Shown here: one piece after another, positions 7,018 through 15,965 of the stretch
Numbering within the stretch: position 1 is the stretch's first letter
Layout of the letters: every line of letters begins with the position of its first letter
DNA from: Delftia acidovorans NBRC 14950
GTDB taxonomy: Bacteria > Pseudomonadota > Gammaproteobacteria > Burkholderiales > Burkholderiaceae_C
DNA: 32,000 nucleotides
NCBI RefSeq assembly: GCF_001598795.1
Contig: NZ_BCZP01000002.1
Coordinates: 373,238 to 405,237, forward strand
Direction: 5' to 3'
The notes under the pieces: generated by a model
What the model was told of the DNA's origin: nothing
Databases searched by the model: none
What the model saw: only the letters and a program-made list of their open reading frames with translations
Position numbers and translations under genes: made by a program

Positions 7018-7047
7018 GGAGGGCGGCCGCAGCGGCCGCCTTCCTCC
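7018..7047 (+). other. GC-rich RNA hairpin without a U-tract (two adjacent GCGGCCGC sites)
   Basis: GGAGG-GCGGCCGC-A-GCGGCCGC-CTT-CCTCC, between the DUF2147 stop (7009) and the next start (7064). It may be an mRNA processing or stability element or a partial attenuator. Confidence 0.4.
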
Positions 7048-7063
7048 CACTTGTGGAACATCC

Positions 7064-9466
7064 ATGTCCCGATTCAATGTGAAGAAAGTCGCCGTGCTCG
7101 GCGCTGGCGTGATGGGAGCGCAGATCGCGGCCCATCTGGTCAATGTCAAGGTGCCCGTGGTGCTGTTCGACCTGCCCGCCAAGGAAGGCCCGAAAAGCGG
7201 TATTGCCGAGCGCGCCATCGCCAACCTCAAGAAGCTCAAGCCTTCGCCCATCGGCGTGGCCGAGGACGCGGACCTGATCCAGCCCGCCAACTACGAGGAG
7301 CACCTCAAGCTGCTCAAGGGCTGCGACCTGATCATCGAGGCCATTGCCGAGCGAATGGACTGGAAGCTCGACCTGTACACCAAGATCGCGCCCCATGTGG
7401 CCAAGCACGCCATCGTGGCGTCCAACACCTCGGGCCTGTCCATCACCAAGCTGTCCGAGGCGCTGCCCGACGCGATCAAGCCGCGCTTTTGCGGCATCCA
7501 CTTCTTCAACCCGCCGCGCTACATGCCGCTGGTGGAGCTGATCGCCACGCCGACCACGCAGCCCGTGGTGCTGGACCAGCTCGAAGCCTTCGTCACCAGC
7601 GGCCTGGGCAAGGGCGTGGTGCGCGCCAAGGACACGCCCAACTTCATCGCCAACCGCATCGGCATCGCCGGCATGCTGGCCACGATGAAAGAGGTCGAGA
7701 ACTTCGGCCTGACTTTCGACGTGGTCGATGACCTCACCGGCAAGAAGCTGGGCCGCGCATCCAGCGGCACCTTCCGCACGGCCGACGTGGTGGGCCTGGA
7801 CACCATGGCCCATGTGATCAAGACGTTGCAGGACAACCTCAGCGCCGAGACCGATCCCTTCTACGGCAGCTTCGGCACGCCGCCCGTGCTGGCCAAGCTG
7901 ATCGAGCTTGGCAACCTGGGCCAGAAGGCGAAGAAGGGCTTCTACAAGAAGGTCGGCCGCGACATCCTGCAGTTCGAGCTGGACAGCGAGGACTACGTGC
8001 CCGCCGGCGGCAAGGCCGACGAGGTCTATGGCCGCATGCTCAAGAAGCCCGCTGCCGAGCGCCTGAAGCTGCTGCGCAATGCCGAGGGCGCGCAGGGCCG
8101 CTTCCTGTGGGCCATCCTGCGCAACAGCTTCCACTACGCGGCCATCCACCTGGAGAGCATTGCCGAGTCCGCACGCGACGTGGACCAGGCCATGCGCTGG
8201 GGCTTCGGCATGAAGCAGGGCCCGTTCGAGCTGTGGCAGGAAGCCGGCTGGCTGGAAGTGGCGAAGATGGTCCAGGAGGACATCGATGCCGGCAAGGCAT
8301 TGAGCAAGGCGCCTCTGCCCAAGTGGGTCTTCGAAGGCCCGGTGGCCGAGGCTGGCGGCGTGCACACGGCGCAGGGCTCGTGGAGCCCTGCCAAGGGCCA
8401 ATTCGTGCCCCGCCGCGTGCTGCCCGTCTACGAACGCCAGATATTCCCCGAGAAGCTGCTGGGCGAAGACAGCCTGCCCGACTGGAAGACGGCTGGCACC
8501 ACGATCGCCGAATCCAAGGCGCTGCGCACCTGGACGCTGGACGGCCAGATCCTGATCGCCAGCATCAAGAACAAGATGCACGCCATCAGCCCCGAGGTCA
8601 TGGAAGCGCTGATGGAAGCCGTGGACGTGGCCGAGACCGACTTCCAGGGCATGGTCATCTGGTCGGGCGATGCGCCGTTCAGCGTGGGCGCCGACCTGGA
8701 AGCCACCATGCCGGCCTTCGTGATCGGCGGCGCAGACGCCATCGAAAGCGTGGAGCAGGAGCTGCAAAACCTGATGCTGCGCATCCGCTACGCCCAGGTG
8801 CCCGTGGTTGCGGCCATCCATGGCATGGCGCTGGGCGGCGGCTGCGAGCTGGCCGTCTACAGCGCGCGCCGCGTGGCGCATATGGAAAGCTACATCGGCC
8901 TGGTGGAAGTCGGCGTGGGCCTGGTGCCCGGCGCGGGCGGCCTGACCTATATCGCGCGCCGCGCGGCAGAGAACGCCGCCACCAGCACGGGCAAGGACCT
9001 GCTGCCCTTCCTGACCGAAGGCTTCACGGCCGCGGCCATGGCCAAGGTGGGCACCAGTGCCATCGAGTCGCGCAAGCTGGGCTACCTGCTGGACAGCGAC
9101 CTCATCGTGCCGCACAAGGACGAGCTGCTCTTCGTCGCCATCAACGAGGCCAAGTCCATGGCCGCAGGCGGCTGGCGCGCGCCGCTGCCGCGCAGCTTCC
9201 CCGTGGCGGGACGCAGCGGCGTGGCCACCATCAAGGGCTCGCTGGTCAACATGCGTGACGGCGGCTTCATCAGCGAGTTCGACCAGCATGTGGCCAGCCT
9301 GATCGCCAACGTGGTCTGCGGCGGCGACGTGGATGCGGGCACCCTGGTGGACGAGGCCTATCTGATGAAGCTCGAACGCAAGGCGTTCTGCCACCTGATC
9401 GGCCATCCGAAGACCCATGAACGCATTCTCGGAATGCTGAACACCGGCAAACCCGTCCGCAATTGA
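7064..9466 (+). CDS. Bifunctional 3-hydroxyacyl-CoA dehydrogenase (N-terminal) / enoyl-CoA hydratase (C-terminal), 800 aa
   Basis: Rossmann motif VAVLGAGVMGAQIAAH at the N-terminus. Crotonase segment VVAAIHGMALGGGCELAV lies in the C-terminal third. This domain order is reversed relative to E. coli FadB (FadN-like). Confidence 0.95.
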   Translation: MSRFNVKKVAVLGAGVMGAQIAAHLVNVKVPVVLFDLPAKEGPKSGIAERAIANLKKLKPSPIGVAEDADLIQPANYEEHLKLLKGCDLIIEAIAERMDWKLDLYTKIAPHVAKHAIVASNTSGLSITKLSEALPDAIKPRFCGIHFFNPPRYMPLVELIATPTTQPVVLDQLEAFVTSGLGKGVVRAKDTPNFIANRIGIAGMLATMKEVENFGLTFDVVDDLTGKKLGRASSGTFRTADVVGLDTMAHVIKTLQDNLSAETDPFYGSFGTPPVLAKLIELGNLGQKAKKGFYKKVGRDILQFELDSEDYVPAGGKADEVYGRMLKKPAAERLKLLRNAEGAQGRFLWAILRNSFHYAAIHLESIAESARDVDQAMRWGFGMKQGPFELWQEAGWLEVAKMVQEDIDAGKALSKAPLPKWVFEGPVAEAGGVHTAQGSWSPAKGQFVPRRVLPVYERQIFPEKLLGEDSLPDWKTAGTTIAESKALRTWTLDGQILIASIKNKMHAISPEVMEALMEAVDVAETDFQGMVIWSGDAPFSVGADLEATMPAFVIGGADAIESVEQELQNLMLRIRYAQVPVVAAIHGMALGGGCELAVYSARRVAHMESYIGLVEVGVGLVPGAGGLTYIARRAAENAATSTGKDLLPFLTEGFTAAAMAKVGTSAIESRKLGYLLDSDLIVPHKDELLFVAINEAKSMAAGGWRAPLPRSFPVAGRSGVATIKGSLVNMRDGGFISEFDQHVASLIANVVCGGDVDAGTLVDEAYLMKLERKAFCHLIGHPKTHERILGMLNTGKPVRN

Positions 9467-9489
9467 GGCAGATCGAGGAGAGACAAGAC

Positions 9490-10686
9490 ATGAAACAAAT
9501 CCAAGACGCCTACATCGTCGCCGCCACGCGCACGCCCATCGGCAAGTCGCACAAGGGCTTTTTCCGCAACTACCGTCCCGACGACCTGCTGGCGACCACG
9601 CTGAAGGCCGCGCTGGCCCAGGTGCCGGGGCTGGACCCGGCTGCTATCGAGGACATCATCTGCGGCTGCGCCATCCCCGAGGCCCAGCAGGGCCTGAACG
9701 TGGCGCGCATCAGCGCCGTGCTGGCGGGCCTGCCCACCAGCGTGGGCGGCATCACCGTGAACCGCTTCTGCGCCTCGGGCCTGTCGGCCGTGGCCATGGC
9801 GGCGGACCGCATCCGCGTGGGCGAGGCCGACGTGATGATCGCGGCCGGTGTCGAGAGCATGAGCATGGTGCCCATGATGGGCAACGCGCCCTCGCTGTCG
9901 CCGTCCATCTTCGAGCGTGATGGCGACGTGGGCATTGCCTACGGCATGGGCCTGACGGCCGAGAAGGTGGCCCAGCAGTGGAAGGTCTCGCGCGATGCGC
10001 AGGACGCCTTTGCGCTGGAGTCGCACCGCCGTGCCCTGGCCGCGCAGCAGGCCGGTGAGTTCAAGGACGAGATCACGCCCATCGAGGTCACCGACCGGGG
10101 CCTGGACCTGGCCAAGGGCGAGCCCGTGGTGCGCACGCGCACCGTGGAGCTGGACGAGGGCGCACGCCCCGACACCAGCCTGGAAGGCCTGGGCAAGCTG
10201 CGCACCGTGTTCGCGGCGCGCGGCTCGGTGACGGCTGGCAACAGCTCGCAGACCAGCGATGGCGCAGGCGCGCTGATCCTGGCCAGCGGCGCCGCCGTGC
10301 AGCGCTTCGGCCTCACGCCGCTGGCGCGCTTCGTGAGCTATGCCAGCAAGGGCGTGCCGCCGGCCATCATGGGCATCGGCCCCATCGAGGCTATCCCGGC
10401 GGCACTGCGCTATGCGGGCCTCAAGCAGGACGACATCGACTGGTTCGAGCTCAACGAAGCCTTTGCCGCCCAGTCGCTGGCCGTGGTCAACACGCTGGGT
10501 CTGGACCCCGCCAAGGTCAATCCCATGGGCGGCGCGATTGCCCTGGGCCACCCGCTGGGTGCCACGGGCGCCATCCGCTCGGCCACCGTGGTGCATGCGC
10601 TGCGCCGCAAGCAATTGCGCTACGGCATGGTGACGATGTGCGTCGGAATGGGCCAGGGCGCCGCCGGCATCTTCGAGCGGGTTTGA
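9490..10686 (+). CDS. fadA: Acetyl-CoA C-acyltransferase (3-ketoacyl-CoA thiolase)
   Basis: Active-site motifs NRFCASGL, GNSSQTSDGA and CVGMGQG. Start ATG 9490 is preferred over 9463 because GAGGAGAG sits just upstream. Confidence 0.95.
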   Translation: MKQIQDAYIVAATRTPIGKSHKGFFRNYRPDDLLATTLKAALAQVPGLDPAAIEDIICGCAIPEAQQGLNVARISAVLAGLPTSVGGITVNRFCASGLSAVAMAADRIRVGEADVMIAAGVESMSMVPMMGNAPSLSPSIFERDGDVGIAYGMGLTAEKVAQQWKVSRDAQDAFALESHRRALAAQQAGEFKDEITPIEVTDRGLDLAKGEPVVRTRTVELDEGARPDTSLEGLGKLRTVFAARGSVTAGNSSQTSDGAGALILASGAAVQRFGLTPLARFVSYASKGVPPAIMGIGPIEAIPAALRYAGLKQDDIDWFELNEAFAAQSLAVVNTLGLDPAKVNPMGGAIALGHPLGATGAIRSATVVHALRRKQLRYGMVTMCVGMGQGAAGIFERV

Positions 10687-10695
10687 CCGTTGCTC

Positions 10696-10725
10696 AAAGC
10701 CCCGTTCGCGGGGCTTTGTCTTTTT
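10696..10725 (+). terminator. Rho-independent terminator after the thiolase
   Basis: AAAGCCCCG, loop TTCG, CGGGGCTTT, followed by GTCTTTTT. Confidence 0.75.
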
Positions 10726-10790
10726 CGCTCATCCCATCCTTTCCCATCCATGCGAGCCGGCACAGAAACGGCACCGACCAGGAGACAGCC

Positions 10791-11693
10791 ATGGAACAAC
10801 ACCAACTCAGCAGCGATGGCGCCACGCTGGCGCTGCGCGTCTACACGCCCGCTGGCCCGCCGCGTGCCAGCGTGGTCATCGGCGGGGCCATGGGGGTGCG
10901 CCAGGCCTTCTACGAGGCCTTTGCCACCTGGCTTGCGGGCCAGGGCTATCGGGTGACCAGCTTTGACTACCGGGGCCATGGCGATTCCCTGCAAGGGTCT
11001 TTGCGCGAGGTGCGTGCCGACCTGTGCGACTGGGCGCGCGACTACGAGACCGTGATCGCCCATGCCAAGGCGCAGCTGCCGGACCAGCCGCTGTTCCTGA
11101 TCGGCCACAGCCTGGGCGCCCAGCTGCCGGGCCTGCTGCGCTCCCCGCAGCTGGTGGACGGCCTTTTGAGCATTGCGGCCGGCAGCGGCTACTGGCGTGA
11201 CAATGCGCCTCGCCTCAAGCGCATGGTTCCCTATTTCTGGCATGTGCTGGTGCCCGTGGCCACGCGCCTGTGCGGCTACTTTCCGGGCCGGCGCCTGCGC
11301 AAGGTGGGCGACCTGCCGGCCGGCGTCATGCTGCAGTGGCGCCGCTGGTGCCTGAATCCGCGCTACAGCGTGGGTGCCGAGGGCGAGGCCGCCGCGCGCA
11401 GCTACGCCGCCGTGCGCTTTCCGGTGATGGCGCTGTCCATGAGCGACGACGAACTCATGACCTGGCGCGGCACCGAGCACCTGTTCGCGCTCTATGCCAA
11501 TGCCCCCAGCCGCATCGAGCGCATCGAGCCCAAGGCGCTGCAGTTGCGGCGCATAGGACATTTCGGCTTCTTCCGCGCCGATATGCGCGACGCGCTCTGG
11601 GGCCGGGCCGTGGACGTGTTCTCGGGCTGGACCAAGGCGCCGGCCGCCGCGGCCCACCCGCGCTTTCCCTCACCCGCAGAGTCGCCGGCTTGA
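10791..11693 (+). CDS. Alpha/beta-fold hydrolase
   Basis: Nucleophile elbow GHSLGAQ and an upstream HG-type segment (DYRGHGDS). ATG 10791 is preceded by GGAGA. Confidence 0.8.
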   Translation: MEQHQLSSDGATLALRVYTPAGPPRASVVIGGAMGVRQAFYEAFATWLAGQGYRVTSFDYRGHGDSLQGSLREVRADLCDWARDYETVIAHAKAQLPDQPLFLIGHSLGAQLPGLLRSPQLVDGLLSIAAGSGYWRDNAPRLKRMVPYFWHVLVPVATRLCGYFPGRRLRKVGDLPAGVMLQWRRWCLNPRYSVGAEGEAAARSYAAVRFPVMALSMSDDELMTWRGTEHLFALYANAPSRIERIEPKALQLRRIGHFGFFRADMRDALWGRAVDVFSGWTKAPAAAAHPRFPSPAESPA

Positions 11694-11730
11694 CGGACGC
11701 GGGCCCCGCTTGCCATCACACTCGTTTGCC

Positions 11731-12561
11731 ATGAGCACAGACATCCATCCTCTCGACCAGGCCGTGGCGCTCACGCCCACCGGCGCCGTGGGCCACTACC
11801 AGGGCCAGACCACGCAGGACTACTGGAACATGGTGGGCCCGTACGGCGGCATCACCGCCGCCGCGCTGGTGCAGGCCATCCAGCAGCATCCGCTGTGCCT
11901 GGGCGATCCGCTGTCCATCACCGTCAACTACGCAGCTGCGCTGGGCGCGGGGCGCTTCGATATCGAAGCCCGCCCCGTGCGCACCAACCGCTCCACACAG
12001 CACTGGCTGCTGACCATCACCCAGCCCGACCAGGACGGCGATGCCCAGGTCGTCACCACGGCCACGGCCGTCACGGCCGTGCGGCGCAGCACCTGGGGCG
12101 GCACCGACCTGGCCATGCCCGAGGTGCCTGCGCCCGCCACCGTGCCGCGCGTGCCGCCTCTGGGGGGCGTGGAGTGGCTCAACCGCTACGACATGCGCTT
12201 TCTCGACGGCATCATTCCCCAGACCTGGGATGGCCGCGAGATCGACAGCCTCACGCGCCTGTGGGTGCGCGACGAGCCGCCGCGCGCACTGGATTTTTGC
12301 GCGCTGGCCGGCCTGGCTGACGTATTCTTCCCGCGCGTGTGGCTGCGCCGCGCACAGCGCACCCCGGCGGGCACGGTGTCCATCACCGTCTACTTCCATG
12401 CGGGGCGCGAGGAACTGGCCGCCGCAGGCACGGGCCACCTGCTGGCCCAGGCGCGCGGCCAGGAATTTCGCAACGGCTTCTTCGACCAGAGCGCCCAGCT
12501 GTGGAGCGAGGCCGGCGTGATGCTGGCGAGCAGCCACCAGATCGTGTATTTCAAGGAATAA
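11731..12561 (+). CDS. Acyl-CoA thioesterase, double hot-dog (TesB-like) family
   Basis: Length and segments (GPYGGITAAALVQA...; C-terminal ...NGFFDQSAQLWSEAGVMLASSHQIVYF) fit thioesterase-II-like proteins. The first ATG is 11731; the track start 11710 is TTG. Confidence 0.75.
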   Translation: MSTDIHPLDQAVALTPTGAVGHYQGQTTQDYWNMVGPYGGITAAALVQAIQQHPLCLGDPLSITVNYAAALGAGRFDIEARPVRTNRSTQHWLLTITQPDQDGDAQVVTTATAVTAVRRSTWGGTDLAMPEVPAPATVPRVPPLGGVEWLNRYDMRFLDGIIPQTWDGREIDSLTRLWVRDEPPRALDFCALAGLADVFFPRVWLRRAQRTPAGTVSITVYFHAGREELAAAGTGHLLAQARGQEFRNGFFDQSAQLWSEAGVMLASSHQIVYFKE

Positions 12562-12577
12562 GCAAGGCAAGACCATC

Positions 12578-13372
12578 ATGAGCGAAACCACCCAGGACAT
12601 CCGCGTGCACACCGAAGCCGGTGTCTGCACCATCACCTTCAACCGCGCAGACAAGAAGAACTCCATCACCGAGGCCATGTACGCCAGCATGGCCGATGCG
12701 CTGGCCCAGGCCGGCGAAGACGCCGCCGTGCGCTGCGTGGTCTTCCAGGGCGACATGGCCATCTTCAGCGCGGGCAACGACATTGCCGACTTCCTCAAGC
12801 AGTCGGCCGGCGGCGCCGCCAGGCCGGAAGGCGAGCAGCGCCCCGTCTGGCGCTTCCTGCACAACATCGCCGCCTTTCCCAAGCCCGTGATCGCCGCCGT
12901 CTGCGGCCCGGCCGTGGGCATCGGCACCACCTTGCTGCTGCACTGCGACCTGGTCTATGCAGGCGACAACGCGGCCTTCTCGCTGCCCTTCGTGAACCTG
13001 GGCCTGTGCCCCGAAGCGGCCTCCAGCCTGCTGCTGCCCCAGATGCTCGGCTACCACCGCGCGGCCGAGGCCCTGCTGCTGGGCGAGCCCTTCCTGGCCG
13101 AAGCCGCCCTGGAAGTGGGCCTGGTCAACCGCGTCGTGCCGCCCAGCGAATGCAATGCGCTGGCCCAGGCCCAGGCCAGGAAGCTGGCGGCCAAGCCGCT
13201 TTCGGCCCTGATCGAGACCAAGCGCCTCATGAAGGCCGGCCAGTCCGGCCTGGTGCGCGAGCGCATGGCCGAGGAGGGAGCGAGCTTCGGCAAGCTGATG
13301 GGCGGGCCTGCTGCCAAGGAGGCGTTCACCGCGTTCATGGAGAAGCGCAAGCCGGACTTCAGCCAGTGCTGA
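12578..13372 (+). CDS. Enoyl-CoA hydratase/isomerase (crotonase family)
   Basis: Motifs FSAGNDIADF and PVIAAVCGPAVGIGTTLLLHCDLVYA. Confidence 0.9.
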   Translation: MSETTQDIRVHTEAGVCTITFNRADKKNSITEAMYASMADALAQAGEDAAVRCVVFQGDMAIFSAGNDIADFLKQSAGGAARPEGEQRPVWRFLHNIAAFPKPVIAAVCGPAVGIGTTLLLHCDLVYAGDNAAFSLPFVNLGLCPEAASSLLLPQMLGYHRAAEALLLGEPFLAEAALEVGLVNRVVPPSECNALAQAQARKLAAKPLSALIETKRLMKAGQSGLVRERMAEEGASFGKLMGGPAAKEAFTAFMEKRKPDFSQC

Positions 13373-13866
13373 AATCCACGAAGGTCTCCGAGGCCTCCGA
13401 GGCGTCCGTGCAGTTCGAGCCCGAGTTCATCGCCGGGCTGCGCGAAGTGTTCGAGCGCCAGATCGCCTTCAACCAGGTGCTGGGCCTGCGCATCACCGAA
13501 GTGCTGCCCGAGCGGGTTGAAGGCCGCATCACCATGCGGCCCGAGCTCATCGGCCACGCCGCCTACCAGCGCATCCACGGCGGCGTGATCAGCGCCGGTC
13601 TGGACTCCATGGGCGGCCTGGCCGTCATGGCGGCCATCGGTGCCAAGCACATGGACGATGCGCCCCTGCAGCGCCTGCACCGCTTCTCGCGCCTGGGCAC
13701 CATCGACCTGCGCGTGGACTACCTGCGCCCCGGCATAGGCAGCGAATTCATCCTGCGCGCCGAGGTGCTGCGGCTGGGCTCGCGCGTGGCCAATACGCGC
13801 ATGGAATTCCTGGGGGCCGATGGCAGCTTGCTGTCCACGGGGACGGCGGCGTACATCGTTTCTTGA
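13366..13866 (+). CDS. PaaI/YigI-like hot-dog thioesterase
   Basis: HGGVISAGLDSMGG motif. There is no ATG near the 5' end; GTG 13366 overlaps the upstream stop by 7 nt and is the most plausible start. Confidence 0.75.
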   Translation: MLKSTKVSEASEASVQFEPEFIAGLREVFERQIAFNQVLGLRITEVLPERVEGRITMRPELIGHAAYQRIHGGVISAGLDSMGGLAVMAAIGAKHMDDAPLQRLHRFSRLGTIDLRVDYLRPGIGSEFILRAEVLRLGSRVANTRMEFLGADGSLLSTGTAAYIVS

Positions 13867-13871
13867 AGCAT

Positions 13872-13898
13872 GGCCCGCTGACTGCGGGCCTTCTTTTT
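13872..13898 (+). terminator. Rho-independent terminator ending the beta-oxidation cluster
   Basis: GGCCCGC, loop TGACT, GCGGGCC, followed by TTCTTTTT. Confidence 0.7.
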
Positions 13899-13906
13899 GC
13901 GTTTCT

Positions 13907-15286
13907 TCACCCCCAGCGCGCGCGCCACACGGCCCAGGCCGTGCCTGCGCCATAGGCGGCCATGGCCACGGCGACCAGGATGAACAGCGACTGGGCACTG
14001 CCCAGGCCGCTGGACATGAGCCAGCCGCCGCCCACCACCACGATCAGCAGGCGCACCGTGCCGGCCAGCACGGGTGCCCAGACGCGGCCTGCGCCCAGGG
14101 AGGCGAAGTACAGCACCAGTCCCAGGCCGAACAGCCCGAAGGCCGGGCCCACGGTGCGCAGGTAGAGGTCGGCGTAGGCGCGCACGGCCGGGTCGCCGGT
14201 GAAGATGCCTGACCACAGCTGCGGCCAGACCATGACCACCAGCCCCAGCACGCCCAGCAGGGCCGCGGCCATGGCGCCGCCCGACCAGGCCACGCGGCGC
14301 GCGCGTGCCACCTGGCCTGCGCCCATGGCCATGCCCACCATGGGCACGGCGGCCATGCCCACGCCGAAGGCCATGGGGATCAGCAGGAACTCCAGCCGCT
14401 GGCCTATGCCGTAGCCGGCCAGGGCCAGCGGGCCCAGGCGGGCGACCATGCCTGTCAGCAGCAGCGCGGCCAGCGCCGTTTGCACGGGGGACAGGCAGGC
14501 CAGGGCACCCACGCGCAGGATGTCGCGGAACATGGGCCAGGCCAGGCGCGGCGTGCGCCAGTCCAGCTGCAGGCGCTGCTGGCCCCACTGCAGGTAGGCC
14601 AGGAAGGCCGCCACGGCCAGCACCATGGCCACGATGTTGCCCACGGCCACGCCCGGCATGCCCCAGCGCGGCATGGGGCCCAGGCCCAGCCCCAGCGTGC
14701 CGCCCACCACGATCTGCACCAGCGAGGCCGCAAAGATCACGGCCGACGGCATGCGCATATTGCCCGTGCCCCGCACCACCGATGCCAGCGTATTGCACAG
14801 CCACACCAGGATGGCGCCGCTGAACAGCACGGCGCCAAAGCCCGTGGCCGCTGCCAGCACCTCGCCGCGCCCGCCCAGCCAGCTGTAGAAGGTGGCGCCG
14901 CAGAGCACGAAGATGAGCGAGTACAGCAGGCCTGCGATGGCGCCGATCACGATGGCGTGCAGGGCCAGTGCCGAGGCACGCGCGCCGTCGCCCGCGCCCA
15001 GCGCGCGGCTGATGGCCGAGGACACGCCGCTGCCCATGGCGCCGTTGCTCATCATCTGCGTGAGCATGGCCAGCGGAAATACCAGGGCCATGGCCGCCAG
15101 CGATACGGTTCCCAGCTGCCCTACGTAGTAGGTCTCGGCCACGGCGACCAGCACCGACATGCTCAGCGCCACCATGTTGGGCACGGCCAGGCGCATCAGG
15201 GTGGAGGCGATGGGGCCGCTGACCAACGGATGCGCGGACCCGCTGGCCGCAGCGCCCGGGGCTGCGGAGGACAGGGCGGCGCTCAT
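13907..15286 (-). CDS. MATE-family efflux transporter
   Basis: Polytopic membrane protein with about 12 hydrophobic segments and MATE-like N-terminus LMRLAVPNMVALSMSVLVAVAETYYVGQLG. ATG 15286 overlaps the marR stop (ATGA). Confidence 0.9.
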   Translation of the reverse strand: MSAALSSAAPGAAASGSAHPLVSGPIASTLMRLAVPNMVALSMSVLVAVAETYYVGQLGTVSLAAMALVFPLAMLTQMMSNGAMGSGVSSAISRALGAGDGARASALALHAIVIGAIAGLLYSLIFVLCGATFYSWLGGRGEVLAAATGFGAVLFSGAILVWLCNTLASVVRGTGNMRMPSAVIFAASLVQIVVGGTLGLGLGPMPRWGMPGVAVGNIVAMVLAVAAFLAYLQWGQQRLQLDWRTPRLAWPMFRDILRVGALACLSPVQTALAALLLTGMVARLGPLALAGYGIGQRLEFLLIPMAFGVGMAAVPMVGMAMGAGQVARARRVAWSGGAMAAALLGVLGLVVMVWPQLWSGIFTGDPAVRAYADLYLRTVGPAFGLFGLGLVLYFASLGAGRVWAPVLAGTVRLLIVVVGGGWLMSSGLGSAQSLFILVAVAMAAYGAGTAWAVWRARWG

Positions 15287-15747
15287 TCCGCGCTCTCCTG
15301 CGTGGCGGTTTCCAGCACGGGCAGCATGCCCAGCACCAGGCTTTCGAGCGCGCCGATCTGCTCGCTGCCGCACAGCTCGCGCACGCGCTGCTGGGCCTGG
15401 CGCCACAGGGCGGCAGCCTCGCGGATGCGGGCGCGGCCTTCGGGCGTGACCACCACGCAGCGGCTGCGCGCATCCGCGCCGGGAACCAGGTCGATGAAGC
15501 CGGCCTGCTGCAGCGTGCGCAGATTGCGCGTCATCGTCGTGCGGTCGGTGTGCAACTGCTCGGCCAGGGCCGAGACCGTGGGCGGGCCGTCGGGCGCATT
15601 GCGTGCCTGCACCAGCAGGCTGAACTGCGTGCCGCGCAGGCCGCTGGGCGCCAGCGTGTCGTCATAGAGCTGCGAGATCTTGCGCGACAGGCTGCGCACC
15701 ATGAAGCAGGTGCAGACCGGACTGGCGCTTGAGGTGGAGGAGGTCAT
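15283..15747 (-). CDS. MarR-family transcriptional regulator
   Basis: Winged-HTH segment LRGTQFSLLVQAR...TVSALAEQLHTDRTTMTRNLRTLQQAGFIDLV. ATG 15747 was verified. It is translationally coupled to the MATE gene. Confidence 0.9.
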   Translation of the reverse strand: MTSSTSSASPVCTCFMVRSLSRKISQLYDDTLAPSGLRGTQFSLLVQARNAPDGPPTVSALAEQLHTDRTTMTRNLRTLQQAGFIDLVPGADARSRCVVVTPEGRARIREAAALWRQAQQRVRELCGSEQIGALESLVLGMLPVLETATQESAE

Positions 15748-15802
15748 GGGGCGTGGGGCAGGTGGCCTGGAATGGAAATGAGTGTAGATGCACCTATTGA
15801 TT

Positions 15803-15835
15803 TGCGCATGTCCGCTGCGCGACCTGCGCATGCGC
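15803..15835. promoter_or_regulatory. Two TGCGCATG boxes 22 bp apart, the second inside a perfect palindrome GCGCATGCGC. Candidate MarR operator region.
   Basis: TGCGCATG at 15803-15810 and 15825-15832, GCGCATGCGC at 15826-15835. They sit in the marR / bactofilin divergent intergenic region. Confidence 0.3.
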
Positions 15836-15965
15836 GGTGTGTGATCGAGAAAGGCTTGCAAGCACATGAAACGGGAGAACCATCTCGTTACCGTTCTTGC
15901 GAGATGCCGGCATTTGTTGCCAGTTCGTGTGCGTAGCATCGGATTTTTCCGAAGGAGACCCACCC

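Noticed and set aside
4602-9418. Long minus-strand ORFs 4602..6284 (560 aa) and 6527..9418 (963 aa) opposite the acyl-CoA dehydrogenase and fadB-like genes
   Set aside because: Same reasoning: they are antisense shadows of well-supported plus-strand genes. Their composition is typical of non-coding frames in high-GC DNA, and they lack SD and start context.
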